From Monocercomonoides exilis PA203 (lineage: Eukaryota; Protista; Preaxostyla), in NCBI GenBank assembly GCA_001643675.2, contig LSRY02000017.1, positions 1,550,001-1,614,000 on the forward strand: a DNA stretch of 64,000 bases. The letters are read 5' to 3'. Positions 38,622 through 51,614 of this stretch are shown piece by piece. The notes beneath the pieces were generated by a model, which saw only the letters and a program-made list of their open reading frames with translations, was not told where the DNA came from and ran no database searches. The stretch's first letter is position 1. The number at the start of each line of letters is the position of its first letter. The translations under genes were made by a program, and so were the position numbers.

Positions 38622-38885
38622 TAACTTATATTAAACAAAAAAATTTAGAAATGAAATGAAAACAAGGCCCATAACAAAATTTTGATCAAATCTTTTTTCT
38701 TTTGAAGATTTTTCTTTGAAATTGTCAATCTTTTGAAGCTGTACAAGTTTAAAATGAAAAGGTTAGCTTTGAAAGTCCATAAACATATTTAAAAATGTCA
38801 AAATTACAATATTTCTTTATTTATTTATACGGGGAAAAAAAAATAAAAGTTATTCAACATTTCAAAAATAGATGAAAGTTTCACT

Positions 38886-39584
38886 TCAATTTAAACTTTC
38901 TTTTGCATTCATTAAAGTTTTTTCATTTATTTTCCCTTCTTTTTTGAGTTGAAGATATTGAAGCTGCATTTTTCTATTCCATTCAGTTTGAACAAATTGA
39001 AGCTGTAACGATTCACGATATCTTTCACTTGCGCTTCGAACCAAGCAAATATTCTGAAACATATAGCTTTCTAAGCTCCAATTGAAGAAGCTATAAAACA
39101 ATAAATCAAGAAGAGCGAAACACGTAATCCAAATAAATGCAAGAGATATTTTCCTAATATTTGTTCATAAACGAGATATCATGAGAATTTACTCACGAAG
39201 CGCAAAAAGAAACGGAATATCAAACCATGCAAGCAAGACTCCGATGAATATCAAAAAAAGATTGAATAACATTATAATCCTTGTTAAGCCCCATTCGCTG
39301 TGTATTACTTTAAGTCTCTTGTCAATTTGTTCAGGTTTTTGAGCATAACATTCAATTTGTTTTGTCGTGTACTCATTAACCTTTTGAGTTCCTGAGACAA
39401 TCCAGTAGTGTAAAATATTTAGAAAATAAACGTTAAATTATAAAAATAACAAACCTTTTCCAATTCTTGCATACCAAAGATTGTTCGAATAGAGTCCTTC
39501 TGGCGAGATTGATTTTTGAGGTTTATCACGATTTTTTTCTGATATTAATTTCTTTAATGATTTTGAAGGATGCTTTGGTGGCAT
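38886..39584 (-). CDS. Two-TM membrane protein resembling bacterial DUF2892/YgaP-like proteins; 3 exons
   Basis: Spliced frame ...IGKG|TQKVNEYTTKQIECYAQKPEQIDKRLKVIHSEWGLTRIIMLFNLFLIFIGVLLAWF..|..LLFYSFFNWSLESYMFQNICLVRSASERYRE... Confidence 0.6.
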
Positions 39585-39685
39585 TTATTAGTGATCATTT
39601 CTCATGCACTCATAATAATTTCCTTTTTCTTATTTCATGAGGGGTTAGGATCATATAATAAATAAAATTTTTTGGCTTTTAATAA

Positions 39686-40922
39686 ATGAAAGTCCAAAGA
39701 TTAAAAAAAGCAAAAAAAGCTTTACGATTATTTAAAACTTTTTTTAATCTTAAATCACCGTATTGCATTCTTTGTATGCCATTCATTTGTTTTGGAAAAT
39801 TATTATGTTATTGTCTTTTTATAAGTGGATTGCGAGTTTTTAAAATCTGTATTGCATTACGGAGTTGATGTTCACGATCAAATGAGAAAGTTATTTTGCG
39901 AGCCCTGTCGACTTTTTGTTACACCATGCGTTATTCGAGAGATTAAAAAGAATCCAGAAAGCGAAGTTGCCCCGCTTCTAAAGTTGGCAAAGACTTGCGA
40001 AATGCATTATTGTCATCACGAAGAAAATTGCACTGAGCGCCAATGCATTCTTAGTCTTATTGGTATGAATAATTTTTAAAGATGAAATATTTATGCGGAT
40101 TTTAGATGTTGAGGACAGAAAATTTTGCATGGCTGTACAAAATCACGATGATAGACGCATTTTAAGAGGTTTGATTTTGAAATTGTTATTTGAGTATGAT
40201 ATATATATATTTTTCATTTTGATTAAGAAATACCTGGTGTTCCTCTAATTCACATGAACCTTAACGTGATTGTTGTCGAACCTCCAAGCAAGCGATCAAC
40301 TGAATTTGCAGAAAATGTATTAAATTTTCTCCTCTTTCCTCATTTTAAAAATTTTTGATAAAAAATTTTTTTATTGAAGGAAAGATCAAAACAAAGGGCA
40401 AACATGATGCTTTCTGCTGAGCGAGGGATTAGAATTTATAAACAGACAATAGGAAAAGATGAGGAGGCAGAGCTTCTAACTGCTGCTGAAGCCGCACGTC
40501 AAAGAAAAGCTCTGTCAAGCAAGTCATTAATTCGGCAACCAGATTCAGTACAAGAAGAAAAACTTCCATTTGATGTTCAACATCACCGCAAAGTGGCAAA
40601 GGGGCCCAATCCACTTTCAGTGAAGAAGAAGCAGCAGAAAGAGAGATTCCAAACACCAAAGCAGAAAAAACAACAATTGGAAAGAGAAGAAGCAAAAGAT
40701 TCTAAGCCAGTTTCAGAAGTCGTTTCAAATACACCTCAAACTAGAACTGCTGAGGCAAATCAAAAAAAGAAAAGAACAAGAAAAAGAAAAATAAGAGAAA
40801 CAGATGAAGAAGATATCGGATCTACAGCCACTAATATTTCATCATCAAAGACTATTTTGGATGAAGATGAAGATGAAGATTTAGACATTTCAATAAAAAC
40901 GAAAAAGGTGAAGGATAATTAA
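39686..40922 (+). CDS. UTP23: rRNA-processing PIN-domain protein UTP23, multi-exon
   Basis: MKVQRLKKAKK..F..PYCIL|VD, VTPCVIRE, CHH..CILSLI, IPGVPLI..EPPS, AKGPNPLSVKKK. Confidence 0.9.
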
Positions 40923-41072
40923 GAGTTCAAGCAAAAACACTTCACGTTAATGTAACGGAGATCCGTATCCAATATATTCACTTCATTTTTATCTTTTCTT
41001 TTTTAATAAATTCAATTATCAATTAGAAAGAACTATTTTTTTATGGGTATTCGTTAAAAGAAAAAATTTAAT

Positions 41073-43852
41073 ATGTCCCATTTGCAGCAGGCAAGAAGTA
41101 GATTGGAAACATTGAAAACTGAAAAACAAGAAAGGATAACCAAAACATTAATTAAAGTGTGTTTTAATGCGTTTTCACTGAATTATTTCAATTTTTCTCT
41201 TTTTTAAACTAGAATGACGAAAAAGAAGCAAAGAGAAGAAAAGCCGAAGATGATGCAATCGCACTTAGGCAAGGAAAGAGAGAGGCTGAAATAGAGTTTT
41301 CTAGACTTGCTCAGGCAAAGACTGATTTAGCTTTTGATCGAATTAAGAAAAAAACCGATCCACTGGCAATGGATGAAGTATGAATAAAACATGCATAACG
41401 ACATTTTTACCCTACTAATTTTTGGTGTTATTTAGGAGATAAAACACACAAAAGAATTATACGAACAGATTATATCTTCAAAAGATAATTTAATTAGTGA
41501 GCTGCGAGGGAAATTAGAAGACAATGATCATGAATACATGAATTCATTACGAGAGCAGAGAAAGGACATTGGTTTGAATGCGTTTTATTTCGTTTTTTCT
41601 TTTCAAAATTATTTTGAAACATAATTACTTCAATTTAATAAAGATGATATGCTTCAGACAATGAGGGAAACATATCGCGAACTCGCAACAGGATATGAAG
41701 ACGAATTAGAAAAGCTTGAAGCAGCATATGATAAAGAAAGAGAACAACAATTAGAGACTTTTCGAACAGAAATTGATGGATTGCTTGAAAGAAGGAGAAA
41801 AACCGAAGTAATTCAGATAGAAGTCGCAAGGCAAACTCGTGAGGAGCAAGCAGAACAGCTTGAGAAGATGAGGCAAAGAGCTGCAGAGGAATTTAACGCT
41901 GTTACAATTATGTTAGAGAAAGAAGTTGAAGATTTGGAGGAGCAGCATGCAGAGATGCGAAGCACAGTTCAGTTGAACCAGCAGAAGCTTCAGTACAATG
42001 TGAAGGTTTGAAAAAAAATAGAATGAAATGCAAAAGCAAAGCTGATAACTAATCTTTATCTTTTTTCCGCTAACTTTTTGCTATCATCAACATGATGAAT
42101 CAGGTTCTGGGTGCCAGGGCGAAGGAGAACAGCGTGACAAAATCGACGCAGCAGGCGAAGGCGTCGCGTGTTGCAGAAGCGCTGGCAGCGATGAAGGAGA
42201 AGTTGGCGAAGACGACTGAAATGTACAAGGCCGAAAACGAGCGGCTGACGGAGGAGTATCAGCGCGTGACAGCGAATTTCAAGGAGCTGCAGTCGAAGTT
42301 CCGCCACTTTGAGCTGACTGACGAGAGGCAGTTTCAGGAGCTGTATGCGATGCACGAGGAGGAGATACTAGCACTCGCACGGAAGGCGATGCGCGCAGAC
42401 AAGATCATTACAGAGCAGCAGCTGGGGATGGTATGGCAGCCACCTCCAGTTGCCAGGCTGGATGAAGAGAAAGAGGAGGAGATGGGAAAGGGAGAAGGAG
42501 AGTACGAAGAAGGAGGCACAACACGGAGGAGCGGGCAGGTTATGGGCGGGATGGAGGCTGTGGATGAAGAAGAGGAAGAGGAAGAGGATGAAGAGGATGA
42601 ATCAAGTGAAGAGACAGGTGAAGATGGAAAGAAAAAGAAAAAGAAGTGGAACAACGAAGAAGGAAACGAAGAAGGAAGAGAGAAAACAGCTTCAGAAAAA
42701 CAGGGAGATGGCGATGAGCAAGCAGCAGCAGAGGCACAAACTGGAGCAGGCAAAGCAGAGCGACTTGCTTCATTGAGTCATTCACCAGCACTTGTAAGGG
42801 AGGTGCTCCAGCTGATAACAGAAGAGTGCTCTTTTCTCGCAGCAGGTGTGGACATTGAAGGAGGAGAAGGGAAAAAAGATGGAGAGAAAGAGAAAGACGA
42901 AGGATCAGAGCGAAGAGAGAAGATAAACGATGCACATCAGAAGATGCTGAAGACAGACGCCATTTTGAAAGTGCTTGGAATACATTCGGTGGCTGATCTG
43001 AACAGACTGTTGGCATTTTTCTTGGTGGATCCTTCTTCAATTGAAACAGAGAAAGGAAAAGAGAAGGAGAAAGAGAAGGAGAAAGGGAAAGAGAAGAAAG
43101 ACGGGAAGGAAAAAGAGAACGGAGACAAAGATAAGAAAGATGGGAAAGAAGACGAGAAAGACAAAACAGACGTGTCACTTCAGCTTCTTCCTCGCAAAGA
43201 TGTCGTTGCGGCTGTGAAAGCATTTACCGAAGAGATGCAGCGAAGAGACGGGAAGAAGGTGGCTGCAGGAGGAGACGATAGCATTTCAGATGTCAATTCA
43301 TCAACGATCGGTGGAAACACTTCAGTTGGTTTGCTTTCGTAGTTTTTATGGCTCACTTATGTGCTATTTATCAACAAATTAAACTTTTTTTATTTGCATT
43401 TTTATCACAGGGTCAATGTCAAGGACCACTGGAAGGGGCAGCAAGGGTGGCAGAAGTGGACGTAGAGGAAGAAACGATATATCAAAGAAACCTTTGTATT
43501 GGGCTGCTGCAAGAGATGTGATCAGCGATGATAAAATGAGATTGTGGAAAGTAATGAGTGCTGAAGGAGAAAAATACAATACAACATTAAATGAAAGAGC
43601 ATCACTTATAGAAGTTTGATTTCATTTCTATTATTATAACTTTTATTATTATTAACATTTATTCAAATGATAAATAAATTTGTTTTATTTTCCTAGAAAA
43701 CTGCTGCACTGAAACAGCAAAATGACGAATTAAAGGCACTTCTCAATCGTTATCTTTCATCAAAAGACAATGCAATGCTTATTTCACCTCCAACACACGT
43801 TTATCAAATGACTTCTGAAATTGCACCAGACGCTCTTCCACGGGCAGAGTGA
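41073..43852 (+). CDS. DRC1: Dynein regulatory complex subunit 1 (DRC1/CCDC164), multi-exon
   Basis: KLQYNVK|VL, LTEEYQRVT..FKELQSKFRHF, ADKIITEQQLGMVWQPP, C-terminal QNDELKALLNRYL..LISPPT. Confidence 0.88.
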
Positions 43853-44208
43853 TCATGATGATTGTTTTTTTTTTAATTGTTTTCATAACTTATTTTTTTC
43901 GTTATTTATTAAAGGAAACAATAAATAAAAATGAATTATTAACTTCCTTATGCTCTCCGAGTTTTTGAGAAGAAAAAAAGTTAGTGAACTTGCTATTAAA
44001 GATGAAGTTGATGTACGCAAAGAAGAATGAATATACAAAAAATATTGGATTTTTCTCGTTCTCAAAAATGAATTCGTCTCTCAATCCAAAAAAGAAAGCT
44101 AGAATTGAAAAACGAGTTTGCTGATTGCAATATTTATACGTTATATTACCTCCAGGATTTTGTGAGATGCGAAGCAAATAAATGAATGAAAACGAAAAAA
44201 AAAAACAC

Positions 44209-44607
44209 TTACTGATGTCCGACTTTATCCCTATGTATTAATCTAAGATCGGACCCGTGCTTTAAAAACACGCTTCCAGCTGATTGTTTTGGGTTAACAC
44301 ACATTCCAACTATTAAATTTTGACAGAAAAATAATTATTTATTTTTTTGTTAAATATCGAGCATAAATATATATAATAACAGTACCGTGTGTGATAATAG
44401 CAGCATCTTGTGGAACCATTCCAAATTGTTCTGCCACATAATGTACAACATATGTAAATTCAGTATCTTCTTTAACGGATAAACTGAAAAGAAGTTTCAA
44501 AAAATTTTTGTTTAAAAGCAAATATTTCTCAAAAAATCAAACGTCTTGAAAGGGAGTTTTGGATCAGCTGTATTTGTAACTTTGAAAGTAACCTGTGCTG
44601 AAGACAT
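44209..44607 (-). CDS. UFM1: Ubiquitin-fold modifier 1; 3 exons
   Basis: [17 protein letters not shown]|[20 protein letters not shown]|..[28 protein letters not shown]. Confidence 0.93.
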
Positions 44608-44916
44608 TTTCTTCTTGTCAATAAGATCTACCCAATATATGAAAATGTGACAAAAACATCTTTTTTCATTTTTTATTATTTTGATTTTTGGCTTTAACAA
44701 AAGAATTCATAATTAAATCGAACAAATAAGGAAATTGGACCGACTCTAAAAATGAAATACTCATGGAGATTATAAAACCAAAATTTTGACTCATACATAA
44801 AACAAAAAGAAAAACCTGAATATGACAATGTGAATGGGTGATACAATATAGACAAAAGAATGCTCATAAGAAAAATAGTTATAAACACAAATAAGTTCAA
44901 AAACAATATAAAATAA

Positions 44917-47900
44917 TTAATGGTCGTCAGTTTTGCTTCCCTTTTCTTCTCCGTTTTCATCATCAACGCTCCACTTTATCTCTTCTTCGATGTCATCTTC
45001 AATCACTTCAGTCAGCCTGTTCCATGCAAAGCTGTATCCTCTGTGTGCAAACGGGATGAAGCGCGAGAAGCGGTCGCCGCGGCCAGCCCAGAAGCCGCGT
45101 GCAGACATGCGCCACGAATAACTCTTTCCTCTGCCGAAACTTGTGGAGATGCCGGTCAATGGACGCATTCCTCTTCGAAGGGGCACTGGAACAGAAGTAG
45201 CACGAGACAAGAGAGAAGGAGGAAGAGGAGTGTTGTCGAGGGGCGGGAGAAAGGGAGGAGGTGAGTGAGGAGAAGAGGATGGATATGAAGAAGAAGAGGA
45301 GGAGGAAGAAGAAGAAGAATATGCAGAAGGGAAGGGGAAAGGGAAAGAAGAGACAGAAGAGGTGTCCGATGAATCAGAATGGTTTTCAAAATTAAATGAG
45401 GAGACAGATTCGTTGGCTGGCAAATGAATCGATTCTTCATCTGAGTTGGAGCTGAGCGATGTTTGTGATGAAAGTGAGCAAAGAGAAGGAGAATACGAAG
45501 AAACAGAATCAGTTTGAGTGTTCTGCTTCCGTTGCATCGAACTGAAAGTGCCATTATCTTCATCATCACTTTCGTCATTGTCATCTCCACTGGATGAGTC
45601 AAACATCAGCATTTCTTCAGAGTCCTCTTCAAAAAGAGATGACAGACTTTCACTCGAATCGCTGCTGAGTGAAGGAGAAGTGCTCGTTTCTAACAGACTT
45701 TGCTGATCTAATTCTTTTTCTTTCGCATCTTGTTCTTGTTCTCCTTTCAACTTTTTTGCTGTTTTCTTGTCTTTCTGCTTCTGCTTCTTCTTTTTCTTCT
45801 TCATTGAGCTGTTTGCAAGTTGTGCCTGCGCACTCAAAAAGGGCGGCTCTATTTGGGCTTCTTTGTAGTCGAGCCAGTCGTCGCTTATTCCTGTGCGCTT
45901 GCCATAGCGCAGAGCAAACAGCTGCTTCAGCGCCTTCAACCGGGTGGATTTGGCATAGACAGCTGGGCGACTGTCCATCTGAATGCGCATTCCTCTCCTG
46001 TTTTTGAACCGGCGCAGAGGAAAAGAGTCGTATTTGTGCTGCGATGGAGTCAATGGGCTGATGCTTGATGGAGGCGAAGAGGGAGAGGGAGAGGGAGAGG
46101 GAGAGGGAGAGGGAGAGGTTGGGGATGACATTTGTGTAGTTGGAGATGTAAAGAAAACCGATCGAGCAGAAGGAAAGGCAGTTGGGTTCATCAGAGGCAC
46201 AAGCAAAGGAGGAGAAACGCTATCATCTCTTGTTCTATTGTCAGAATGTGCAAAAAAAGGTGTTGAAGAAGAGGGAGATAGAGAACGAACAGAACGAGAA
46301 GTTGGCACTTGAAGTGGCTGAGAAATGTGCTGCTGTGACATTTCGTGAGATGTGATGTGATTTGGAAAGGATGAAGCAGAGGACGAGGCTGATGAATGAG
46401 ATGACATCAATTCAGTTGCAGCATCACTCTCTGCTTTTGGCGCAGACAAAGAGAGAGAGAAAAGAGGAGAAGTGGATTGGTTGTCTGTCTGATGTGAAGT
46501 GTTGCCATTCGTGTCAGCGCTGGTTTCGCAACTTGGTTGTGTCGTCAGCGCAGAAAAAGAAGGAAGAAGAGGCTGAAATGGACTGCAGCTTGTGGCAGCA
46601 GGCGAAGGAAACAGACGGGGAAATGTTGGGTATGGCGAGTGTGTTGATGGCAAAGGAGAAGGAGAGGGAGAAGAAGATGAAGGAGATGTGGGAGAAGAAG
46701 GAGAAGAGGGGGATGTGGGTGAGGGAGGAGCATCTGCCACTTCTGCCTGGATAACTTCAGACTGAATGCTTTCGCTGTCAGAAGCAGCAGAGTCGCTGGT
46801 GTTGTTTGACTCCCCTCCAGAAAGTGCTTTCTCTTCTGTCATCCTCTTCATCTTCTTCATCAGCTTCTTCATCTTCTTTTTTTCCTTTTTTTCCTTCTTT
46901 TTCTCTTCGCTCAGCTCTTTCTCCTCGGCACACGTCCTTCTCCCTGGAACATATCTTGCTCCACCATAAATCTTTTCATTGTCCATTCTCATCTTTCCCT
47001 CAGCACTTGAGCTTGGTGCACTTGTCAATCCATCAATGTCATCAGCGTCTGTCTCCTTGTGAGGGAGGAATATGAATCCTCCACCAACACCTCGCTCATC
47101 TCCTTCTCTGCTTCTGCTGTCTTCTCCACACACAACCCACTGCATGTCCCTCTGCCTCTTGTTTGCTCGGTGGATGCCTTGTCTAATCGCCTTCTCTCGT
47201 GTGACACCCGGGTGTACTGTTGACTGCCCTGATGATGACTGCTTTTGCTGCTGCTTCGACGTTGGACGAGGCCTCGTCCTGCAAAAGTCAGATTTCTGTG
47301 AGAGGGCACTGCTTCTTTGAAGAGTAGCATTGGCAGCTTCTTCTGATGCTGAACTGTCACAAGTGGTGTCATGTGGATCGTTAGAAGAAGTAGAGCTGAA
47401 GCTGCCATTATTGCGAGATGCAACATAAAGGTATGATGCCTCTATCAGCAGCTGCTCTTGAAGCAGCGTCTGCTCCCGAAGAAACTCCTCATCTGCAAAT
47501 TGCTGTCCGAATTTCGCTCTTCTTTTGAGCTCATCTTTCTCATTGCTCTCTTTGGACCATCGCAACTGAGGCAGAAATCGAACACATCCGCAGCTGACGG
47601 CTGTCAAAAATTGGGGGCACGAGAAAAGGCACAAGCATATCGCTGCTTCCAAAATAAGAGAGTAAATGATGATGAGGATTGATGATTGATTTGATTCCTG
47701 TTTGTTTTGAAATGTGTTTTAATATGAAAATAGTTTTGATTAATATCATATCACAAAAAAATACAAACCAAAAGCGTAAATGAACAGTCTCCTTCTCCCA
47801 GAGGAACAGTTACAACAATGTCGCTTTTATCAACACATGGATTTGTGCAACTTTGCAAAGATGTCTCATCAACCAAAGTTGCATTGATCAAAAATGTCTG

Positions 47901-48580
47901 TGGAAATGGAATATTTTCGTTGCACGGTAACCAAGAAAAACGGTACAGTCCATCGTCAGTTGCAACGAATTCAAATGACGATTCCTCATTGAATGATGCT
48001 TTAATTATTTGATAAACTGAGCTGTTGTGGAAGAGAACAGAAATTTGAGCTGCACAGTGAGTTCTGGTTTGAACTTCCCATAGCACGCTGCTTCCTTTCA
48101 AAAGAAAAAATGAAAGCTCTTTTTGTGAGCTGTCTGAACAAAAATTTAAAATGAACAACAAAAAAAATGTGCACTAACTTGACATAAAATATGAATTTTT
48201 AATATCACGGAAATAACTGACACCAAATTTATTTGTTGTATGTATCTGGCACGAGGTGGATGAAATCTATCGAAAGATTGCACAAAAAAGGGAAAAAATC
48301 AAATGCAAACCGAAGGCTGTGAAGCATTGTTCCTAGAAAAATGTGCAGCAAATCCTTCTTTTAACTGATATGTACCAATGTAGTTTGTATCAAATTTTAT
48401 AATTTCTATGAGTGCAACTGCAAGTGTTGATGCAAAAAACAAGAAAATGGAGATTACAATGATTGACTTTAATATTGAACGAAATGTTGGACGACTTGTT
48501 GTATCCTTTTAAATTCATTAAAAGTAAAATAGATAGCAAAAAGGCATGATGTCAAACCCATTTCCAGATGAAAAAACACA
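44917..48580 (-). CDS. Hypothetical membrane protein with a beta-rich lumenal domain and a long Ser/Pro-rich tail; 5' end uncertain
   Basis: TM-like exon (SIIVISIFLFFASTLAVALI), exon 'FFLLKGSSVLW..FEFVATDDGLYRFSW' and a 911-codon terminal ORF. Confidence 0.6.
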
Positions 48581-48886
48581 TTATCAAAATGAAGTTATTG
48601 CATGGTTTTTTGTATGGGAAAGAATCATTTTTGAGTCTTTTATATTTTCATTTTTATCTCGTATAAATTCATTTATTTACTCGTATAAATATTTTAAAGC
48701 ATTCAATAACGAAAATAAAGCTTAAAAAAAACACAGTACTTGCACTCTTTATTAGATAAAAATACAAAAATTTAGAAAATCACAATATAAACTAAAAATC
48801 ATAAATCTTTCACAAAATGCTGATATAAATGCACAAAATTGAAAAAGAAATTTGGCAAAAATGCTTACAACGTAACATAAAAAGAA

Positions 48887-51445
48887 TTAAGTGGGTTCAT
48901 AAAACAAAGATGTGTGAGTAGAGTGTATGATGTGATGACTAATTGAAAAGGCAGGATTTGCTGGATAAAGCTCCGATGTGAGTGAAATGTCGTTTGGGAG
49001 AAAAGAGGAAGGATTGAGCTTATGCTTCATGGCAAGCAGGCAGAGCAGCCGCGGGGGAGGAGGGATGGGAATAGGTAGCTGGTTGATGGATGAATATTGT
49101 GTATTGATTGAGTCAACAACACTGACACTTGCTTTGCGATCAGATACATTTAACATTTCAGCATTTGGCAAAGACATTGAAGAAGTATCTGGAATGAACA
49201 TTTTATCTCTCAGGCTTTTTGGATTGGAATGTTCATCAGAAGAAGATGTAATGTTTAATGAGTCTGTTGTTGGTAGCAAAATCTTATTCAAAGTTGGATT
49301 TGAGATTGTGATGATAAGCGGGTGAAAAGACGAGGCAGATGACTCAAATGGATAGATCGGGTGCATTGGGCATTTCTGTCCTCTTTCGCTGTTCCAATGC
49401 TCAACCGCAGCAGACACACTGACAATGCCTATTTTCACAGTCTGCCAATCGCCTTTGCGAAAGAAAAGAGGATTGAAAAAAGTCTCATAAGAATGCATTT
49501 TTCGCCTTCTTTCACTGTCCATTGCTTCTTTGTCCTCTTCTTCGTTTTTGGTTTCTTCTTTTTCATTAACAAGTTCGAGCAATTTTTCATCAAATATAAT
49601 TTGAGTGCCTTCTTCTGACCCTTCATCTTCAGCTAATGAAGCATCTGAGCTGTTTTGGCTGGTCTTTGAAAAACCATTATTTATCTCTGCATCATCTTGC
49701 TTCATTGCCATCGGATGTTTGTTGCCTTCTTCTTCGTCTGCTTTCTTCTTCTCCTTCTTTTTGCTGTCTATTTCTGTCAGCATCTTCACCACTTCAATGC
49801 TCACTTTTTTCTCTTCTATCATTTTTTTCATTTTGGAGTCAACCAGCTCCTTCTTCACCGCCTGCCTTAGTTCTTCCTCTGTCTGCCTCATCCGCCGAAT
49901 CTTGTCTCGCAAAATCTTCTTTATTTCCTTCACTTCTTTCATCGCTTTTCTGTCGAGCGACGATTCTTTCTCTGCATTTTCCTCCTTTTTGCATGGCTTG
50001 CATCCCTCAGTGCCTGTCTTATCCTTCAAATCTGCCTCTTCTTTCTTCTTTTGCATCTTTGGCTGCTTCTCAAAGATGCTGCGCAGAGTGATCATGTGGT
50101 CTTCAGTCGAATCGCCTGACATTCCACTTTTGATGGAGCTGTCGCTTGCTCTTTCTCGAAACTTGCTTCGGAGTTTTGCTCGTTTGGCTTCCATCTTCCT
50201 TTCTCTGTCTATTATCTTCAGAGTCTTCTTCTTTTCTGCTCGTTTTATTGCTTTTTCTATTATTTTGCTCTTTTTCTGCAGTTCTGTGTCTTCTGTCTCT
50301 GACTCCTCAGAATTGTCTGCTGAGCCTTCGTCAACATCTCCTAAAGTCATCAGTCGCATTTCTTTTCTTTCTGCCTCTTCTTTTTCGACAAACCGCTGCT
50401 CCATCCTCCTTTTGCGCCGTCTGTCGCGTGCTTCCTTCGAATTTTCAGGTGAAAGCGACATCGACATAGACGAATCGCAAAATGCTTCCATTTCCTTTTT
50501 CAGCTGCCCCATCAGCGGTGAAAATGACCCGCTTTCAGGGAGCTTCTCAGTCCAGTCAAAAACATTGTCAAATAAGAATTCCTCCCTCTCAGCGATTTTG
50601 CGCAGAAGCTGCTGAATAAATTCATAGTCAGGTTTTGATTCAAAGTGGAGTACTCGAATATATCGCAAAAGCATTGCAATCTCTTTTGGAGTATCGCTGC
50701 AGAGATCATCGATAGGTGTTCCCATTTTGAGGTCTGCGATCTTCGTGTATTTTTGCTGATGGGTTTTGGCTTTAATTCCCATCCAAGGAAGCTTTCCTTT
50801 GAGAAAATACAACAGCATGTACACAACAGATTCTAGATCATCTCGTCGACTTTGCTCAATCCCTATATGCGCATTCACACTTGCATATCGTATTGTTCCT
50901 GTAATTCCCTTTGTTTCTCTATAAGGAATGTGCTGGCGAGTACGAGTGTCTCTGTACCGCTTTGCTAAGCCAAGATCAATCATATAAATAATATGTGAGG
51001 ACTTTCCTCTACCAATCAAAAAGTTTTCTGGTTTTATGTCTCTATGAAGAAAATTTTTTGAATGGAGATATTCGATTCTTGAAATTAATTGGTCACCAAT
51101 AAGGCATGTTGTTTTCAGTGAAAAATGCCTTTCGCATAAATGAAAAAGATCTTCTAAGCTCGGTCCAAGATAGTCCATCACCATTACGTTGCAGTCAGAT
51201 TCCACTCCATACCAATATACATTTGGGATACCTTCACCTCCCTGAAGAAGTCTGTATAATTTTGTTTCATAAAATAATTGGGGTTGCGCTTGCTTAATTT
51301 TCTCAACTTTTGCAGCAACAGGCTCTCCTGTTCTGATTGAAATTCCCTTGTAAATTTCTCCAAAAGCCCCTGATCCAATCGGATGACTTATTGAAAATCT
51401 ATAAGTATGAGCAATGAGCCATTCAGTTTGATTCTGTTTTGGCAT
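48887..51445 (-). CDS. CK1: Casein kinase 1 with a long charged C-terminal extension, intronless
   Basis: IGSGAFGEIY, LGPSLEDLF, HRDIKPENFL, IDLGLAKRYRD, GTIRYASVNAH.GIEQSRRDDLES. Confidence 0.95.
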   Translation of the reverse strand: MPKQNQTEWLIAHTYRFSISHPIGSGAFGEIYKGISIRTGEPVAAKVEKIKQAQPQLFYETKLYRLLQGGEGIPNVYWYGVESDCNVMVMDYLGPSLEDLFHLCERHFSLKTTCLIGDQLISRIEYLHSKNFLHRDIKPENFLIGRGKSSHIIYMIDLGLAKRYRDTRTRQHIPYRETKGITGTIRYASVNAHIGIEQSRRDDLESVVYMLLYFLKGKLPWMGIKAKTHQQKYTKIADLKMGTPIDDLCSDTPKEIAMLLRYIRVLHFESKPDYEFIQQLLRKIAEREEFLFDNVFDWTEKLPESGSFSPLMGQLKKEMEAFCDSSMSMSLSPENSKEARDRRRKRRMEQRFVEKEEAERKEMRLMTLGDVDEGSADNSEESETEDTELQKKSKIIEKAIKRAEKKKTLKIIDRERKMEAKRAKLRSKFRERASDSSIKSGMSGDSTEDHMITLRSIFEKQPKMQKKKEEADLKDKTGTEGCKPCKKEENAEKESSLDRKAMKEVKEIKKILRDKIRRMRQTEEELRQAVKKELVDSKMKKMIEEKKVSIEVVKMLTEIDSKKKEKKKADEEEGNKHPMAMKQDDAEINNGFSKTSQNSSDASLAEDEGSEEGTQIIFDEKLLELVNEKEETKNEEEDKEAMDSERRRKMHSYETFFNPLFFRKGDWQTVKIGIVSVSAAVEHWNSERGQKCPMHPIYPFESSASSFHPLIITISNPTLNKILLPTTDSLNITSSSDEHSNPKSLRDKMFIPDTSSMSLPNAEMLNVSDRKASVSVVDSINTQYSSINQLPIPIPPPPRLLCLLAMKHKLNPSSFLPNDISLTSELYPANPAFSISHHIIHSTHTSLFYEPT

Positions 51446-51614
51446 AAAAACCTTCACAACTCCAATTCAGCTTCTTTTGTACTTAATTTCCAATTTTTTG
51501 CTTTGAATATTTGTTAATAAAGCAAAAATACAACTTTTAACACAATTTTTTTGATCTTTTTTTGGATTTCCCTTTACAAATTTTGATTCATTCTTAGTTT
51601 TTTATTCACATTCC

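Noticed and set aside
49605-50615. 336-aa antisense ORF, and similar antisense ORFs over other genes
   Set aside because: Shadow frames of E/K/S-rich coding sequence on the opposite strand.
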